DNA from: an uncultured Prevotella sp.
GTDB lineage: Bacteria; Bacteroidota; Bacteroidia; Bacteroidales; Bacteroidaceae
Length of the DNA: 64,000 nt
NCBI GenBank assembly: GCA_964386825.1
Contig: CAYLUI010000010.1
Location: 11,797-75,796, forward strand
Reading direction: 5' to 3'
Shown here: positions 17,063-28,300 of the stretch, piece by piece
Layout: the number at the start of each line of letters is the position of its first letter
Position numbering within the stretch: position 1 is the first letter of the stretch
Made by a program: the position numbers and the translations under genes
The notes under the pieces: model-generated
The model's database searches: none
What the model was told of the DNA's origin: nothing
What the model saw: only the letters and a program-made list of their open reading frames with translations

Positions 17063-18335
17063 AAGTAAAGTTTATTGCGCCAAATCCTGTAGCAGGACTG
17101 CCTTCGCGACCTCTGAAGTCGGCGAAGTTAAGATCTGTGTATGGAAACACGAATTGAGGGTCAGCAATGATGTCATGCTCTCCTCTTACAACTTTTTGGT
17201 CAACTGGATAAACATTATAATCCCATTGTATGTCTTGGTTTCTATTGTTAGATGTTACTCTGCCACCAGGACGCGGAACGATTATATTGTTTCTTACAAC
17301 AATATCATAGCTGGCATTCGCAAAAAGTTCCTCATAGTCAACACAGCCACCATTCCAATAAGTGGTATTATTAAGGATGTCGACATGGCATGTACGGAAA
17401 GTGTGGATTCCAGAACCGCCATTAAAAACACTGATGTTATTAGCAATCAGCGAACGGTTGTTCCAAACTGGTCTTAACGACTTACGCTTGCTATTATCAT
17501 CTTTATCTTTCTTTATTATGGCATCTCCGTCAGGATTAGTCGTAGACTGTCCGTCACGGTTGGTCACATCAAGCAGTATGCCATTGCCATCGCTCAGTTT
17601 TCCAATTTTCTCCCAAGGCACCAGCGTACGGTTGTTGCAAACACGGTTACGTTGTATAACGACATGATAGCCAGGTTTATTGTCAAACGCCCAAAGATTG
17701 AGAGTTGTAATACCCGAACCACCATAACGCATAAACCACGCATTGTTGTAAACATAACAATCCTCCACTGTAACGTAGTCGCACTCTATCATAGCTATGC
17801 CACCACCTGAACATTTGCCTACCTCGCAATTGCGTATTATAATGTGATGAGGCTTATTGTTGATAGGACAAGTTCTGCCTTCCACAAATATGCCATTGGT
17901 GTTGAAAGTAGGATTTGGAGTCTCATTCGCAGCATCTGCAATGGCATATTTCAAAGCAATAGAATCATTACAGCCAATCACTTTCAAGCCATCTATAATC
18001 TGATAGGAAGCCTCAATCCTTATACCAGCCCACAGATTAGGATGTAGAACAGGATGTTCTCCCTTGATGGCACGCCAGGTAATCCACTTCTTTGAAGTGC
18101 CTGATCTCTTGATAATCAAAATGCCATTCTTGTTGTCACTGGTATAAACACCATCACCAATCAGTACCACATCGCCAGGATTTACCCTGTCAGCAACATA
18201 CTGCAAAGTGCGCAGAGCCGTTTTCTCCGATCGACCGTCATTACCGTCATTACCATTGCCCCTGACATACCACTCTCTTGCATTGAGTGAAAGGCATGTC
18301 AGAGCCATAGCAAGACAAAACAGAATCCGTTTCAT
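17052..18335 (-). CDS. secreted right-handed parallel beta-helix protein (paralog of 14294..15793)
   Basis: Signal peptide 'MKRILFCLAMALTCLSLNA'. It shares blocks with its paralog: 'ASYQIIDGLKVIG', 'HIIIRNCEVGKCSGGGIA', 'VYNNAWFMRYGGSGITTL', 'SDGNGILLDV' and 'ANNISVFNGGSGIHTF'. It overlaps the next gene by 11 nt. Confidence 0.7.
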   Translation of the reverse strand: MKRILFCLAMALTCLSLNAREWYVRGNGNDGNDGRSEKTALRTLQYVADRVNPGDVVLIGDGVYTSDNKNGILIIKRSGTSKKWITWRAIKGEHPVLHPNLWAGIRIEASYQIIDGLKVIGCNDSIALKYAIADAANETPNPTFNTNGIFVEGRTCPINNKPHHIIIRNCEVGKCSGGGIAMIECDYVTVEDCYVYNNAWFMRYGGSGITTLNLWAFDNKPGYHVVIQRNRVCNNRTLVPWEKIGKLSDGNGILLDVTNRDGQSTTNPDGDAIIKKDKDDNSKRKSLRPVWNNRSLIANNISVFNGGSGIHTFRTCHVDILNNTTYWNGGCVDYEELFANASYDIVVRNNIIVPRPGGRVTSNNRNQDIQWDYNVYPVDQKVVRGEHDIIADPQFVFPYTDLNFADFRGREGSPATGFGAINFTYEE

Positions 18336-18341
18336 AGCTGT

Positions 18342-18920
18342 CTAGAGTTTTGATTTTATGAAATCAGTGTTAATGATTACAACCTGCGTTGCAAGTTTGT
18401 CGTTGATTTTAATAGACGAAGATGCCAATGTCACAGCAAAGGCAAGTTGTTTGCCTGCGTACTGAGGATCGTTAATAGTAGAGAGGTCAATCTCTGCTGT
18501 GAACGGAGCACTAACTCCACTAATCCTAACTTCATTAGGTATACTTACCTTATTATCAGGAAGAGCGATTACTGCATCATCAATAGTGCCATCTGCTATC
18601 TCCTTAGGTACTATAGTATCATTTAGCGCCAACTGAACATTGCCAGAACAGAACTCTATGCCAGACTGTACTACACCCATGTAGACAATAAGTTTTTGTT
18701 GTTGCTTGTCGATAGAGTAAAGTATCGGACCGCCTTTAGTAGGAGTTTCTGATGTCGACACGTCAGCACTGGAGTCAATGTGGAGTATGCCATCAGCTCG
18801 TGACTGATAAATCTCACTTGCCGGGTAATCCGCGTCAGCGTAATCATCGTAAGAACATGACGACATTAAGCCGATAACAGAAAGCAATGCACATAATATA
18901 AAATATAACCGTATCTTCAT
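18342..18920 (-). CDS. PUL-associated surface lipoprotein (DUF1735/Ig-like, SGBP position)
   Basis: Lipoprotein signal 'LLSVIGLMSSCSYDD'. It is 192 aa, beta-rich, and sits directly after a SusD gene. Confidence 0.45.
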   Translation of the reverse strand: MKIRLYFILCALLSVIGLMSSCSYDDYADADYPASEIYQSRADGILHIDSSADVSTSETPTKGGPILYSIDKQQQKLIVYMGVVQSGIEFCSGNVQLALNDTIVPKEIADGTIDDAVIALPDNKVSIPNEVRISGVSAPFTAEIDLSTINDPQYAGKQLAFAVTLASSSIKINDKLATQVVIINTDFIKSKL

Positions 18921-18990
18921 AATAGTATCTTCTAATTTTACTTATTAATAATTAATGAGTAGAAGCAATTTCTCTTGCAAGGATGGGATA

Positions 18991-20706
18991 TCACCATCCC
19001 GGATTCTGAAACATCACACCAGGGAGCTTGTTAATCTCAGCCTGAGGAATAGGATAGAAATACATTTTCTTGTCGAACACTCTATCTTCAACCTTGAACG
19101 GAGTGTATGAATAATCCTTGTCACCTGTCTTCTCAATTTTAACACCACGCAATGGCTCAGAAAGAGTATCTTCGTCCATCCAGCGGCGCACATCGAAATA
19201 ACGTTTGCCTTCGAAACACAACTCCACACGGCGTTCCTGACGTATCAATTTGCGAACTTCGTCTTGAGAAAGTCCATCAGGCAAGCCTGGCATCTTTACA
19301 CCTGTACGGTCACGAAGCTTGTCATAATACTTCTTTATATCAGGATTTCTGGGATCATATTCGTTGAGAGCCTCTATGTAGTTGAGGTAGATTTCTGCCA
19401 GTCGGAAGTATATCCAAGTATGGATTGCCTTTTGGTCACGGGTCAGGTCAAGTGAAGTATTGATAAATTTCTTAATGTAGTAGCCTGTCGGTGTACAGTT
19501 GCGAACGCCCTCACCGTCAAGTCCACCTTTCCAGCACTCCACGGTTCTTGACTTCATGCTGCTTCCATTGGTAACAATCCAAAGCTTCAGACGAGGGTCA
19601 CGTCTATTGTAAGGATCGGCAGCCATTTTAGGGTTGTTCCAATCAAACTGTTCTGACTTGGATGACTTCCCTGAGCCTTCCTTTGTCATGAAAGCATCGA
19701 CAAGATTCTGCGATGGGCAGTTACCACCTGTCACCAAATCGAAGCCCATAGGAAGATTGACCCTCTCAAACGTATTCGTCTGAGCGTCTCTACGACAAAA
19801 GATAACCTCTTTGCTCCTGTAACCATTGGCACCGAAAAGTGATGTGTAAGAGTCTAAAGCATAACCTGCCGGATTTTCTATATCAATAACAGCCTTAGCT
19901 GCATCAGCAGCTGCCTTCCAACGTGCTGCACGGTCGCCTGCCGGTAGGCTTATAAGTTCCGGATGAGAATAGCCAGATGCCCATGATGAATTATTCCACA
20001 AATCGCTTGCAGCAAAGAGAAGGACTTCGCTCTTAAGAGCCAATGCTGCACCCTTTGTAAGACGTCCAAGTTCCTCATTTGTTTGCTTATAAGGCAACTT
20101 TTCAGATATTTCATCACAAATGCGAACTATCTCATTCACACAATCTTCCAACGAACTGCGCTGAAGATTCACATCATCACCATAATTGATTTTACCCTGA
20201 ATAAGAGGTACACCACCATAACGCTTAATAAGTTCAAAGAGATAGAATCCTCTTAACAATGTAACTTCACTCTTAAGCTGATCAATGTCCTTTAGGCGCT
20301 TCTCGTAAGTGCCCGGCTGGTCAGGATTATCCTTCACATCATCGAAATTGATGTTATCGGCATTGTCAACAAAGTTATAAACTTTGCGAATCGCTGTATA
20401 ATACTTTGAGAATGGATTGTCTGGCATATCACTTGCCATCCACGCTCCATTGTTCATTTTCTGCACAGAGGCAGTCTGTATGGTGAACTCAGCTTCATCA
20501 CAAGCAGAAGCCATCATGGCAGAGCCACTAATTTCAGACAAACCGCGAGGAAGATCTCCATATACTGAATAAGCCACACTGATGGCATTGTCATAAGAGG
20601 AGAAAGTAATATCCTTATTGAGAGTTGTCGTGAGCTTTTTGTCGAGATAATCATCGCAAGCAAAGAGCGATAACACCATTATTGCTAATAAAACAAATTT
20701 CTTCAT
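18991..20706 (-). CDS. SusD/RagB-family outer-membrane lipoprotein
   Basis: Lipobox 'LSLFACDDY', TPR-like SusD body, and the typical C-terminus 'YFYPIPQAEINKLPGVMFQNPGW'. Confidence 0.9.
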   Translation of the reverse strand: MKKFVLLAIMVLSLFACDDYLDKKLTTTLNKDITFSSYDNAISVAYSVYGDLPRGLSEISGSAMMASACDEAEFTIQTASVQKMNNGAWMASDMPDNPFSKYYTAIRKVYNFVDNADNINFDDVKDNPDQPGTYEKRLKDIDQLKSEVTLLRGFYLFELIKRYGGVPLIQGKINYGDDVNLQRSSLEDCVNEIVRICDEISEKLPYKQTNEELGRLTKGAALALKSEVLLFAASDLWNNSSWASGYSHPELISLPAGDRAARWKAAADAAKAVIDIENPAGYALDSYTSLFGANGYRSKEVIFCRRDAQTNTFERVNLPMGFDLVTGGNCPSQNLVDAFMTKEGSGKSSKSEQFDWNNPKMAADPYNRRDPRLKLWIVTNGSSMKSRTVECWKGGLDGEGVRNCTPTGYYIKKFINTSLDLTRDQKAIHTWIYFRLAEIYLNYIEALNEYDPRNPDIKKYYDKLRDRTGVKMPGLPDGLSQDEVRKLIRQERRVELCFEGKRYFDVRRWMDEDTLSEPLRGVKIEKTGDKDYSYTPFKVEDRVFDKKMYFYPIPQAEINKLPGVMFQNPGW

Positions 20707-20727
20707 TTTAGTATGTTCTTTTAATGA

Positions 20728-23550
20728 TTAGAACTTTAACTGGAAACCAAGGCTGTAAGTACGCATTGCAGGCATACCGGAGAGACCCTCTGGGTCTGCA
20801 TTTTTCATTCCAGTCATACCGCATAGTCTGAACAGATTGGTGCCATTGAGGAAAACACGGACATTCTTCATAAGAATCTTGTTAGCAATTCTCTCAGGAA
20901 GAGTATAACCTATCTCCAAATAACGTATCTTTAGGAAAGAACCATCATGCTGCCAAAATGAACTAAACTGGGTGTTATTTGGATTAGCCATTGTTGACAA
21001 ACGTGGATAACTGGCGTTAGGATTATCTTCTGTCCAACGGTCTTCAGCAGAGATTGGAGCAGAATACTGATTCATAAATGCCCAATATGTATTACCAGAA
21101 AGGTAAACTGTGCGTCCTGCTACTCCATAGAGCATAGTCTCTGCATCAAATCCTTTGTACTTAGCACCAAGGACAAGACTGCCAGAGAATCGAGGCAAAG
21201 ATGTGTTGCCAATAGCAGTTACATCCTGATTATCGATTTGATTATCACCATTAACATCAAGATACTTAATGTCACCAGGCTTAACATCACCAAACGTCTG
21301 GACGGGCGAATTGTCGATATCAGCTTGGTCGTGGAACAAGCCAATAGCCTTTAGTCCGAATCCCTGATCAATACCATGACCTGTGCGGACGAGGTTTGGA
21401 TATGCCCGGGGCTCCTCTGCCTCATAGTCAATTCTGTCCTTAGCATACCATCCATTGAATTGAGCATAATACTCAAAGCCATTCTTTAGCTTGTCAGCAT
21501 AACGAGCTTGCGCTTCAAATCCCTTATTAGTGGTCTTGCCAAGGTTCATTGCTGTGTAAGATATACCGAACATAGCAGGAATCTCACCAGAGGGGCTAGT
21601 AAGAATATCGCTGCGTTTGTGGAGGAAGTAGTCGAAACTGATGCCCAGCTTGTCAAACATTGTAGCATCGAAACCTATGTTGAAACGTTTTTCCTTTTCC
21701 CACGTAAGATTTGGATTGGCAACAGAACCTTCGGCTATGCCTGACTGAGAAGCATTGGTTGTTCCCTTATAGTAACCCTCCGTATATCCATAGTCAGCCA
21801 AATAAGCGTAACGCTTGTTACCCATGACGGCGGCATTGCCGACCAATCCGTATGATGTGCGAAGTTTAAGATAAGAAATCACCTTGTTCTCTTTCAAGAA
21901 TTTCTCATTGGATGCCGTCCAACCTAATGATCCTGCCGGGAACCAGCCAAACCTATGCCCCGAAGCATAAAGATCAGTGCCCATATAAGAAGCAGCGAAG
22001 TCGGCTGTATAACGGTCATCGTAAGTATAGCTTACATGACCTCTCCCACCTATATATTTATATGGGAACTCACGGTCTTTAAGGCTTGTGTTACTGTTGA
22101 GGTCATTAAAATTTGTAATTTCATCGACGAACCATTCAGCAGTTGCATCAACAGCGTGCTTACCACCATAAACACTTGAAAGAGTGAGTCCGGCATTAGC
22201 CGAAGTGTTGCGCCATTGATCATTGCTATTCTCATTGATAGTCATATTCGTTTCCTCACTATGGGGATTGTACTGGAAAGAACCATCATCAAGTCCCTCA
22301 AGAGAGAAATACTGGTACTTGCGGCTCTTGTTGCGATAACCAATAAAGTAGTTATTGAAAGCCACTCCTCCATGAGCAGACAGACCCTTTGTAAGAGCAC
22401 TAAGGTCATAGCGCAATCTGAGTTGCATCTGCACATTTCTAGAATTGTAGGAATTTAGGCCCGTCTCAAGAAGGTCACCTACAGGATTGCTATAAGTGGC
22501 GTTGCCACCATAGGAACCATTTGGATTATAGACAGGGAAAGCATTAGGAGGCGTATTGGCAATCTTATTGTACATACTCCATGCGCCCGCAGCCGGCCCA
22601 ACCTGATTTTGAATAGCTGCACCCATGCGCATATAGGCAGAAAGCTCGTCTGTGATATCAACATCAATATTAGCCCTGAAGTTGTAGCTGGTGAAATGCG
22701 AGTTGGCATTTTTATCCTGCTTATGGTCAGTGTCCTTGAAGAAGCCTCTGTTGTCGGAGATGTTGACAAGCGCAAAATAGCGCATGACATTGTTGCCGCC
22801 CCGGAAGTTCAAGTCATAGTTCTGCACAAATGAAGTGTTTTTGAGCACTTCCTTTGTCCAATCGACATTAGGATACAAGTATGGATTAGAACCCGTACGA
22901 TATGCCTCAAGAGCCTTTTCATCATAATAAGGTGTAAGCCCGTCATTGGCACGCGCCTCATTGTAAAGAGTAGCATATCCATAGCTGTCGAGGATTTTAG
23001 GCATGCGCTGTGGAGTATTCAAGCCTAACTGGAAATTAAAATTAATCTCCAGAGGCTGTACTTTTCCACGCTTGGTAGTTACAAGGAGCACGCCATTAGC
23101 AGCCTTCATACCATAGATGGCTGTAGCCGCAGCATCTTTGAGTAGAGACACAGACTCTATCTCTTCCACATTGAGGTAGTCCATAGTGCTTTCGAAGCCA
23201 TCAACAATGACCAACACTTTTCTGTCAGAGCGAGAAGTGGCAGAGAAGGTGCCTATACCGCGGGCAGTCAACGTAGGGCTATCACTACCAGGTTCGCCAC
23301 TTCCTTGCATGACAGTAAGCCCAGGCAGTTCGCCATAGAGTGTATTGAGAACGTTTTGGGTAAACGACTTTCTAAGTTTTTCACCTTTGACCGTCGAACG
23401 GCTACTTGACAAGTGGCTCTGTTGAATCAACCCGAACAGACTCTCTACCAGAGAATCTCGCTCCATCCAACCAGAACCATCGTTCTGGGCGGAAACGTTT
23501 AGAACTATGATTCCCGCCAGCAACAAAGTCATTAAATATCTCTTTTTCAT
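20728..23550 (-). CDS. SusC-type TonB-dependent transporter (no N-terminal carboxypeptidase-like domain)
   Basis: 940 aa. The plug region 'GELPGLTVMQGSGEPGSDSPTLTARGIGTF' starts about 70 aa in. The C-terminal residue is the beta-barrel F ('SLGFQLKF'). Confidence 0.9.
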   Translation of the reverse strand: MKKRYLMTLLLAGIIVLNVSAQNDGSGWMERDSLVESLFGLIQQSHLSSSRSTVKGEKLRKSFTQNVLNTLYGELPGLTVMQGSGEPGSDSPTLTARGIGTFSATSRSDRKVLVIVDGFESTMDYLNVEEIESVSLLKDAAATAIYGMKAANGVLLVTTKRGKVQPLEINFNFQLGLNTPQRMPKILDSYGYATLYNEARANDGLTPYYDEKALEAYRTGSNPYLYPNVDWTKEVLKNTSFVQNYDLNFRGGNNVMRYFALVNISDNRGFFKDTDHKQDKNANSHFTSYNFRANIDVDITDELSAYMRMGAAIQNQVGPAAGAWSMYNKIANTPPNAFPVYNPNGSYGGNATYSNPVGDLLETGLNSYNSRNVQMQLRLRYDLSALTKGLSAHGGVAFNNYFIGYRNKSRKYQYFSLEGLDDGSFQYNPHSEETNMTINENSNDQWRNTSANAGLTLSSVYGGKHAVDATAEWFVDEITNFNDLNSNTSLKDREFPYKYIGGRGHVSYTYDDRYTADFAASYMGTDLYASGHRFGWFPAGSLGWTASNEKFLKENKVISYLKLRTSYGLVGNAAVMGNKRYAYLADYGYTEGYYKGTTNASQSGIAEGSVANPNLTWEKEKRFNIGFDATMFDKLGISFDYFLHKRSDILTSPSGEIPAMFGISYTAMNLGKTTNKGFEAQARYADKLKNGFEYYAQFNGWYAKDRIDYEAEEPRAYPNLVRTGHGIDQGFGLKAIGLFHDQADIDNSPVQTFGDVKPGDIKYLDVNGDNQIDNQDVTAIGNTSLPRFSGSLVLGAKYKGFDAETMLYGVAGRTVYLSGNTYWAFMNQYSAPISAEDRWTEDNPNASYPRLSTMANPNNTQFSSFWQHDGSFLKIRYLEIGYTLPERIANKILMKNVRVFLNGTNLFRLCGMTGMKNADPEGLSGMPAMRTYSLGFQLKF

Positions 23551-23587
23551 ATTGAATAGTCAGATTTAAAGTATCTAAAGTTTGTTA

Positions 23588-25372
23588 TCACCAACCTGGA
23601 TTCTGGAACATATATCCCTTGTTGAACTCTCCCTCAGGTATTGGGTGCAAGTACATATTGCGGTGGAAAATGCGAGTCTCAAAAGGAACAATACTGTAGT
23701 CGCACTCCTGGTCAAGCCCCGAACCGTTTGTTCTGTAGATAACTACCTTGCAGAATTTGCCTTGCATGACACCATCTTTCTCTGCGTCCATCCAGCGACG
23801 TATATCCCACATGCGATGATCCTCGAAAGCGAGTTCTACGTCACGCTCATTCTTAATGCGTTCACGCATCTGCTCTTTAGTAAGTCCTTGAGGCAAGTCA
23901 GGCATATCCGCTCTCTGACGGATTATGTTTATCGCATCGTAGACCTGCTGTGATGGTGAGGATTCGTACTCATTAAGAGCCTCTGCCAAATCGAGATAGA
24001 GTTCGCCAATGCGTAAAAGAATTCCACTAGGAGCCATCTGATAGTTGTTGCCAGTGCCAGAGAGCTGGGTTGGAATTAGTTTATGAAGGATGGCACCTGT
24101 GACGTTACACTTAGGCATAGGACTACCTGTGGCGCCTTCATAGAGCTGCACATCAGTGAAAGCATCGTTCCACTTTGAACCATTATAAGCCACTGTCTGA
24201 CGGAAACGAGGGTCGAGCTCAGCATATTTCTCCATAAGACCACTTGCACGGTTGCCGGTCTCGTCCCAAGTTTCTTTAGTACCATCCATCTTTTCATATT
24301 TGCGAATGAAATTGTGTGGTATGCAGACTGCTGTGCCCCAAGTATTCATTCCAAATCCTGTAGGCACCATGGTAGCCCACGGATGTGACCAGTTACCAAT
24401 CTTTGGCGCCCACTTCTCAGCAAGAATTATCTCTGAGTTGTCTGGTACCTCCCATAGTTTACGATAGTCGTTTTCGGGATCGCCCTCGTTGAGTATTTCA
24501 AATCCGTCGTTATGACAAGCATCAAGTGCTGCTTCGGCTGCATCGGCAGCAAGTTTCCAGCGATTAGCATCGTAGTTGCCATAGCAAACAAGTTCTGGAT
24601 GATCAGTAGAAAGATAAGGTGTGGCGGTATTGAACAAAGGACTAGCCGCATAGAGCAGAGTCTTTGCCTTGAGAGCAAGAGCAGCAGACTGAGTGATGCG
24701 CCCGCGCTGATTGGCAGGATATGTTACACCCTCAAGACGCTGAGCTGCATCGTCGCAGTCTTTGACAATGAAATTGACGAAGTCGGCTACTGATGCACGA
24801 GGAATCTTCATGTCTTCATCGATGGCAAAGCGATGATCTACGATAGGCATACCACCATAACGCTTGAACATTTCAAAATTGTTGAGGGCGCGGATAAAGA
24901 GAGCCTCACCTATCATGTCCTTTTTTTCCTCATCCGATACGGCTGTCGATTCAGGCAGGCGCTCAATCAGGATATTGCAAAGACGGATAGCCTTAAAACG
25001 CCTTGACCAACGCGAGTCCTCATTGGAAGTAATGTTACTCTTAAGTATTGCGCCAATATTCCACTGCTGTGAGGAGAACCAGGTTTCAGACATCTCGGCT
25101 TCATCTGTAATAGGCGCAGTCATACAGGATGTCGGATTAGGATTGTTTGATCCATTCTGCGAACTGTAAGGATAATATGAGTGCAACCCATACTGATAGC
25201 AACTAAAGAGCAAAGACTCTATATTCTTCTTAGTAGAGAATATGGTATCTTCATTAACCTCTGAGCCTTGCGGCTTCTCAAGGAAGTCTCCCATCATATC
25301 CTCGCAAGAAGACACAGTGGCTATGACTGCGAAACAGAGAGAGAGGTCCTTAATATATTTCCAGATATTCAT
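23588..25372 (-). CDS. SusD/RagB-family outer-membrane lipoprotein
   Basis: Lipobox 'VIATVSSCEDM' and C-terminus 'YLHPIPEGEFNKGYMFQNPGW'. Confidence 0.9.
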   Translation of the reverse strand: MNIWKYIKDLSLCFAVIATVSSCEDMMGDFLEKPQGSEVNEDTIFSTKKNIESLLFSCYQYGLHSYYPYSSQNGSNNPNPTSCMTAPITDEAEMSETWFSSQQWNIGAILKSNITSNEDSRWSRRFKAIRLCNILIERLPESTAVSDEEKKDMIGEALFIRALNNFEMFKRYGGMPIVDHRFAIDEDMKIPRASVADFVNFIVKDCDDAAQRLEGVTYPANQRGRITQSAALALKAKTLLYAASPLFNTATPYLSTDHPELVCYGNYDANRWKLAADAAEAALDACHNDGFEILNEGDPENDYRKLWEVPDNSEIILAEKWAPKIGNWSHPWATMVPTGFGMNTWGTAVCIPHNFIRKYEKMDGTKETWDETGNRASGLMEKYAELDPRFRQTVAYNGSKWNDAFTDVQLYEGATGSPMPKCNVTGAILHKLIPTQLSGTGNNYQMAPSGILLRIGELYLDLAEALNEYESSPSQQVYDAINIIRQRADMPDLPQGLTKEQMRERIKNERDVELAFEDHRMWDIRRWMDAEKDGVMQGKFCKVVIYRTNGSGLDQECDYSIVPFETRIFHRNMYLHPIPEGEFNKGYMFQNPGW

Positions 25373-25385
25373 GATTTCTCAGTTT

Positions 25386-28300
25386 TTAGAATTTAATGTT
25401 GAGACCAAAGTTGTAAATCTTGGTCAACGGATAAGCCTCATTGTTGGCTCCGAGGTTTGGAGTCTCGGGGTCAATGCCGCTAGGCAGGTCGCACCAAGTG
25501 ATAAGGTTTGTGCCATTAACGTAAACTCGCAAAGAACTTATGTGAAGTTTTGAAGTAACCTTCTTAGGCAATGTATATCCTATCTCTACGTTCTTCAATC
25601 TGAGATAGCTTGCATCGCGAACCCAGAAAGAAGAGCGCTGATAGTTATGCTTTTGCACTGCGTCTCCTTCTGAGAGATGGGGGTACTTGATAGGCAAGCC
25701 AGCATCATAACGCTCCTGGCTCCAACTCTCACGCAGGTTGACTGGTGCAGAAAAGTTCTCGCTGAAGCCTTTTTGATAGAGTCGGCTGAGTTCCAAAGAC
25801 ACATTGGAAGATCCTTGGAAGAGGACTGACAGATCGAAGCCTTTCCAGTCACCACCAAAGGAGAAGCCATAAGTGACTTCTGGGAAGTTGGAGTAACCGA
25901 TAGGCAAAGTGTCATCGTAATCTATGACTCCATCACCATTAATGTCTCTATATTTCAGGTCACCAGGTTGTATTTTATCGTTATTCCATGAAGATTTGGG
26001 GCGGCGGGGATCGTTAACTTCGTCCCATGTATTGTAGAAACCATCACAGATAAGTCCGAAGTACTGGTCAAGCCTTTGTCCTGTCTTGTTCTTGTAAGAA
26101 TACTGATTGGTAACCTCATCCATAAATTCGATCTTGTTGCGGGCGTATGTAAGGTTTGCCTTAGCCCACCAGTTGAGTGAATGGTTGATATCACCACGGA
26201 AAGTTATGTCACCATCAAATCCACTATTCTTCATACGTCCGAGATTCATGGCTGACGGAGTGCCTCCAAAGAGAACCGGTATGGTATTACGCAACGCAAG
26301 AATATTGTCACGTTTCTCAATGAAGTAGTCTGCGTCAAGCCTTATGTGGTTGTCCCAAAACGAAGCCTCAAGACCAATATTGGTTTTCCTGGCACGCTCC
26401 CATGTGACGTTTGGATTGCCGATAGTACCTTCAGAGACAGTGGAATATGTTGTCCAGTTACTGTTCATGTCTCCAAGATGATAGTCTCGGTCACCTACGA
26501 AAGCTGTTGGCATATACAGGAAACGCTCACCTCCAATTTTGTCATTACCGACTTCACCGTAGCTGCCACGGATCTTAAGGTATGTGACGACAGGTGTCTT
26601 GGGGAAGAAAGGCTCCTCGCTGACAGTCCATCCTCCTGAAAAAGCCGGGAAGAATCCAAATCGACGACCCTCGGCAAAGTTTTCTGTTCCATTGTATCCC
26701 ATATTGAACTCGAACATATACCTGCTCTTGTAATCGTATGTGAGTCGTCCTACTATGCCTTGATAAGCGTAAGGAACGTTGTACTTGGCGTTGGGTACAT
26801 TGCGCTTAGTCTGGTTATAAAGAAGGAGAGTTGTGAACTTATGGTCTTTGAAGAGAGTGAAGTCATAGTTGGCTCCAACTTCAAAATAGACCCTTCTGTT
26901 GCGACTGTATGACGATGACGTAGAGAATGGATTTTCTATGTTTGTTGCCTGGAAAACGAGATTGCCTTCATCGTTTCTACGAACGGTGTATCTTACAAAC
27001 GGATTCTTTACATATCGCTGAACGTGCTGATAGTAATTTTCATAGGATACCGTGCCCTTGAACGAAAATCCTTGTACGCCAGGGACTTTGAACTTAAAGC
27101 CAACAGCTCCTGTGAGATGGTTTCTGTAATCTGTACGATAACCATTCTCATAGAACGCCTGGAGAGGGTTATTGGTTGAAGTGCCTAACGTAACTATCTT
27201 GCCATCGACAATGCCTGGTGTAGACATCGGGTTGGTGATGGCAATTGAATTCATAATCTTTGTAGTCTGACCATCGGTACCAGCACCGTTACGCGTGCCC
27301 ATCTGTGAGGCGAGGTTTATATTGAAAGACAAATACTTGCTAGCATCAATATCTATATTGGAACGGAAATTGTATCGTTTATAGCTCGACTGTGTGTTGT
27401 AGCCTTCGACGACTTTAGTGGGCGCAAACATTCCATCCTGATAGTAATAGCCTAATGATGCGAAATAGCGAACCTTGTCCACACCTCCAGAGATATTGAC
27501 ATTGTGCTGTGTGGTGATAGAATGGTCCTTTAGCATCATGTCATACCAGTCGACGTCAGGATAAAGGATAGGATCTGCACCAGTGCGATACATTTCCAGT
27601 TCCTTATCGCTGAACCTAGGAGTGTAGGAGCCTGTGATATAGCTATCATATTTACGAGCCTCGTTGAAATTCTGCGCATACTCATAAGCACGCATATTTT
27701 CCCTTACCTCAGTAAACTTAGTCATTGCTATATTTCCTGAGTAAGAGAGCTGCGGCTTACCTTTTTCTCCTCGTTTTGTTGTGATGAGTACAACGCCATT
27801 AGCACCACGAACACCATAAACGGCTGTTGATGATGCATCTTTCAATATAGAGATGGACTCAATTTCGTTAGGGTCAATGCTGTTGAAATCACTTGTTTCG
27901 ATACCATCCACCATAACGAGTGGCTCGGCAGCGTCACCACCTGCAAACGTACCTACACCACGAATACGGAGTGTGGAAGCATCAGCTCCAGGCTCACCAC
28001 TTCTCTGTACAGCAAGAAGACCTGGCATACGACCGGTAAGCATATTACTAAGGTTTGCCTGCGGCGACTGCACAAGTTCTTTAGTCTGCACCATTGAGAT
28101 AGCACCAGTTACGGTCTCTTTTCTCTGAGTACCATATCCGACAACAAGAACCTCTTGCAACATAGCATTTTCTGGCTTGAGGGTGACACGAAGTGCATTC
28201 TGTCCCGACTTGACCTCTACAGACTGCGTTGTATAACCCACATAAGAGATTTCAAGAGTAAATGTCGATACAGGACCTTGGAAATGAAAGTTTCCATCTA

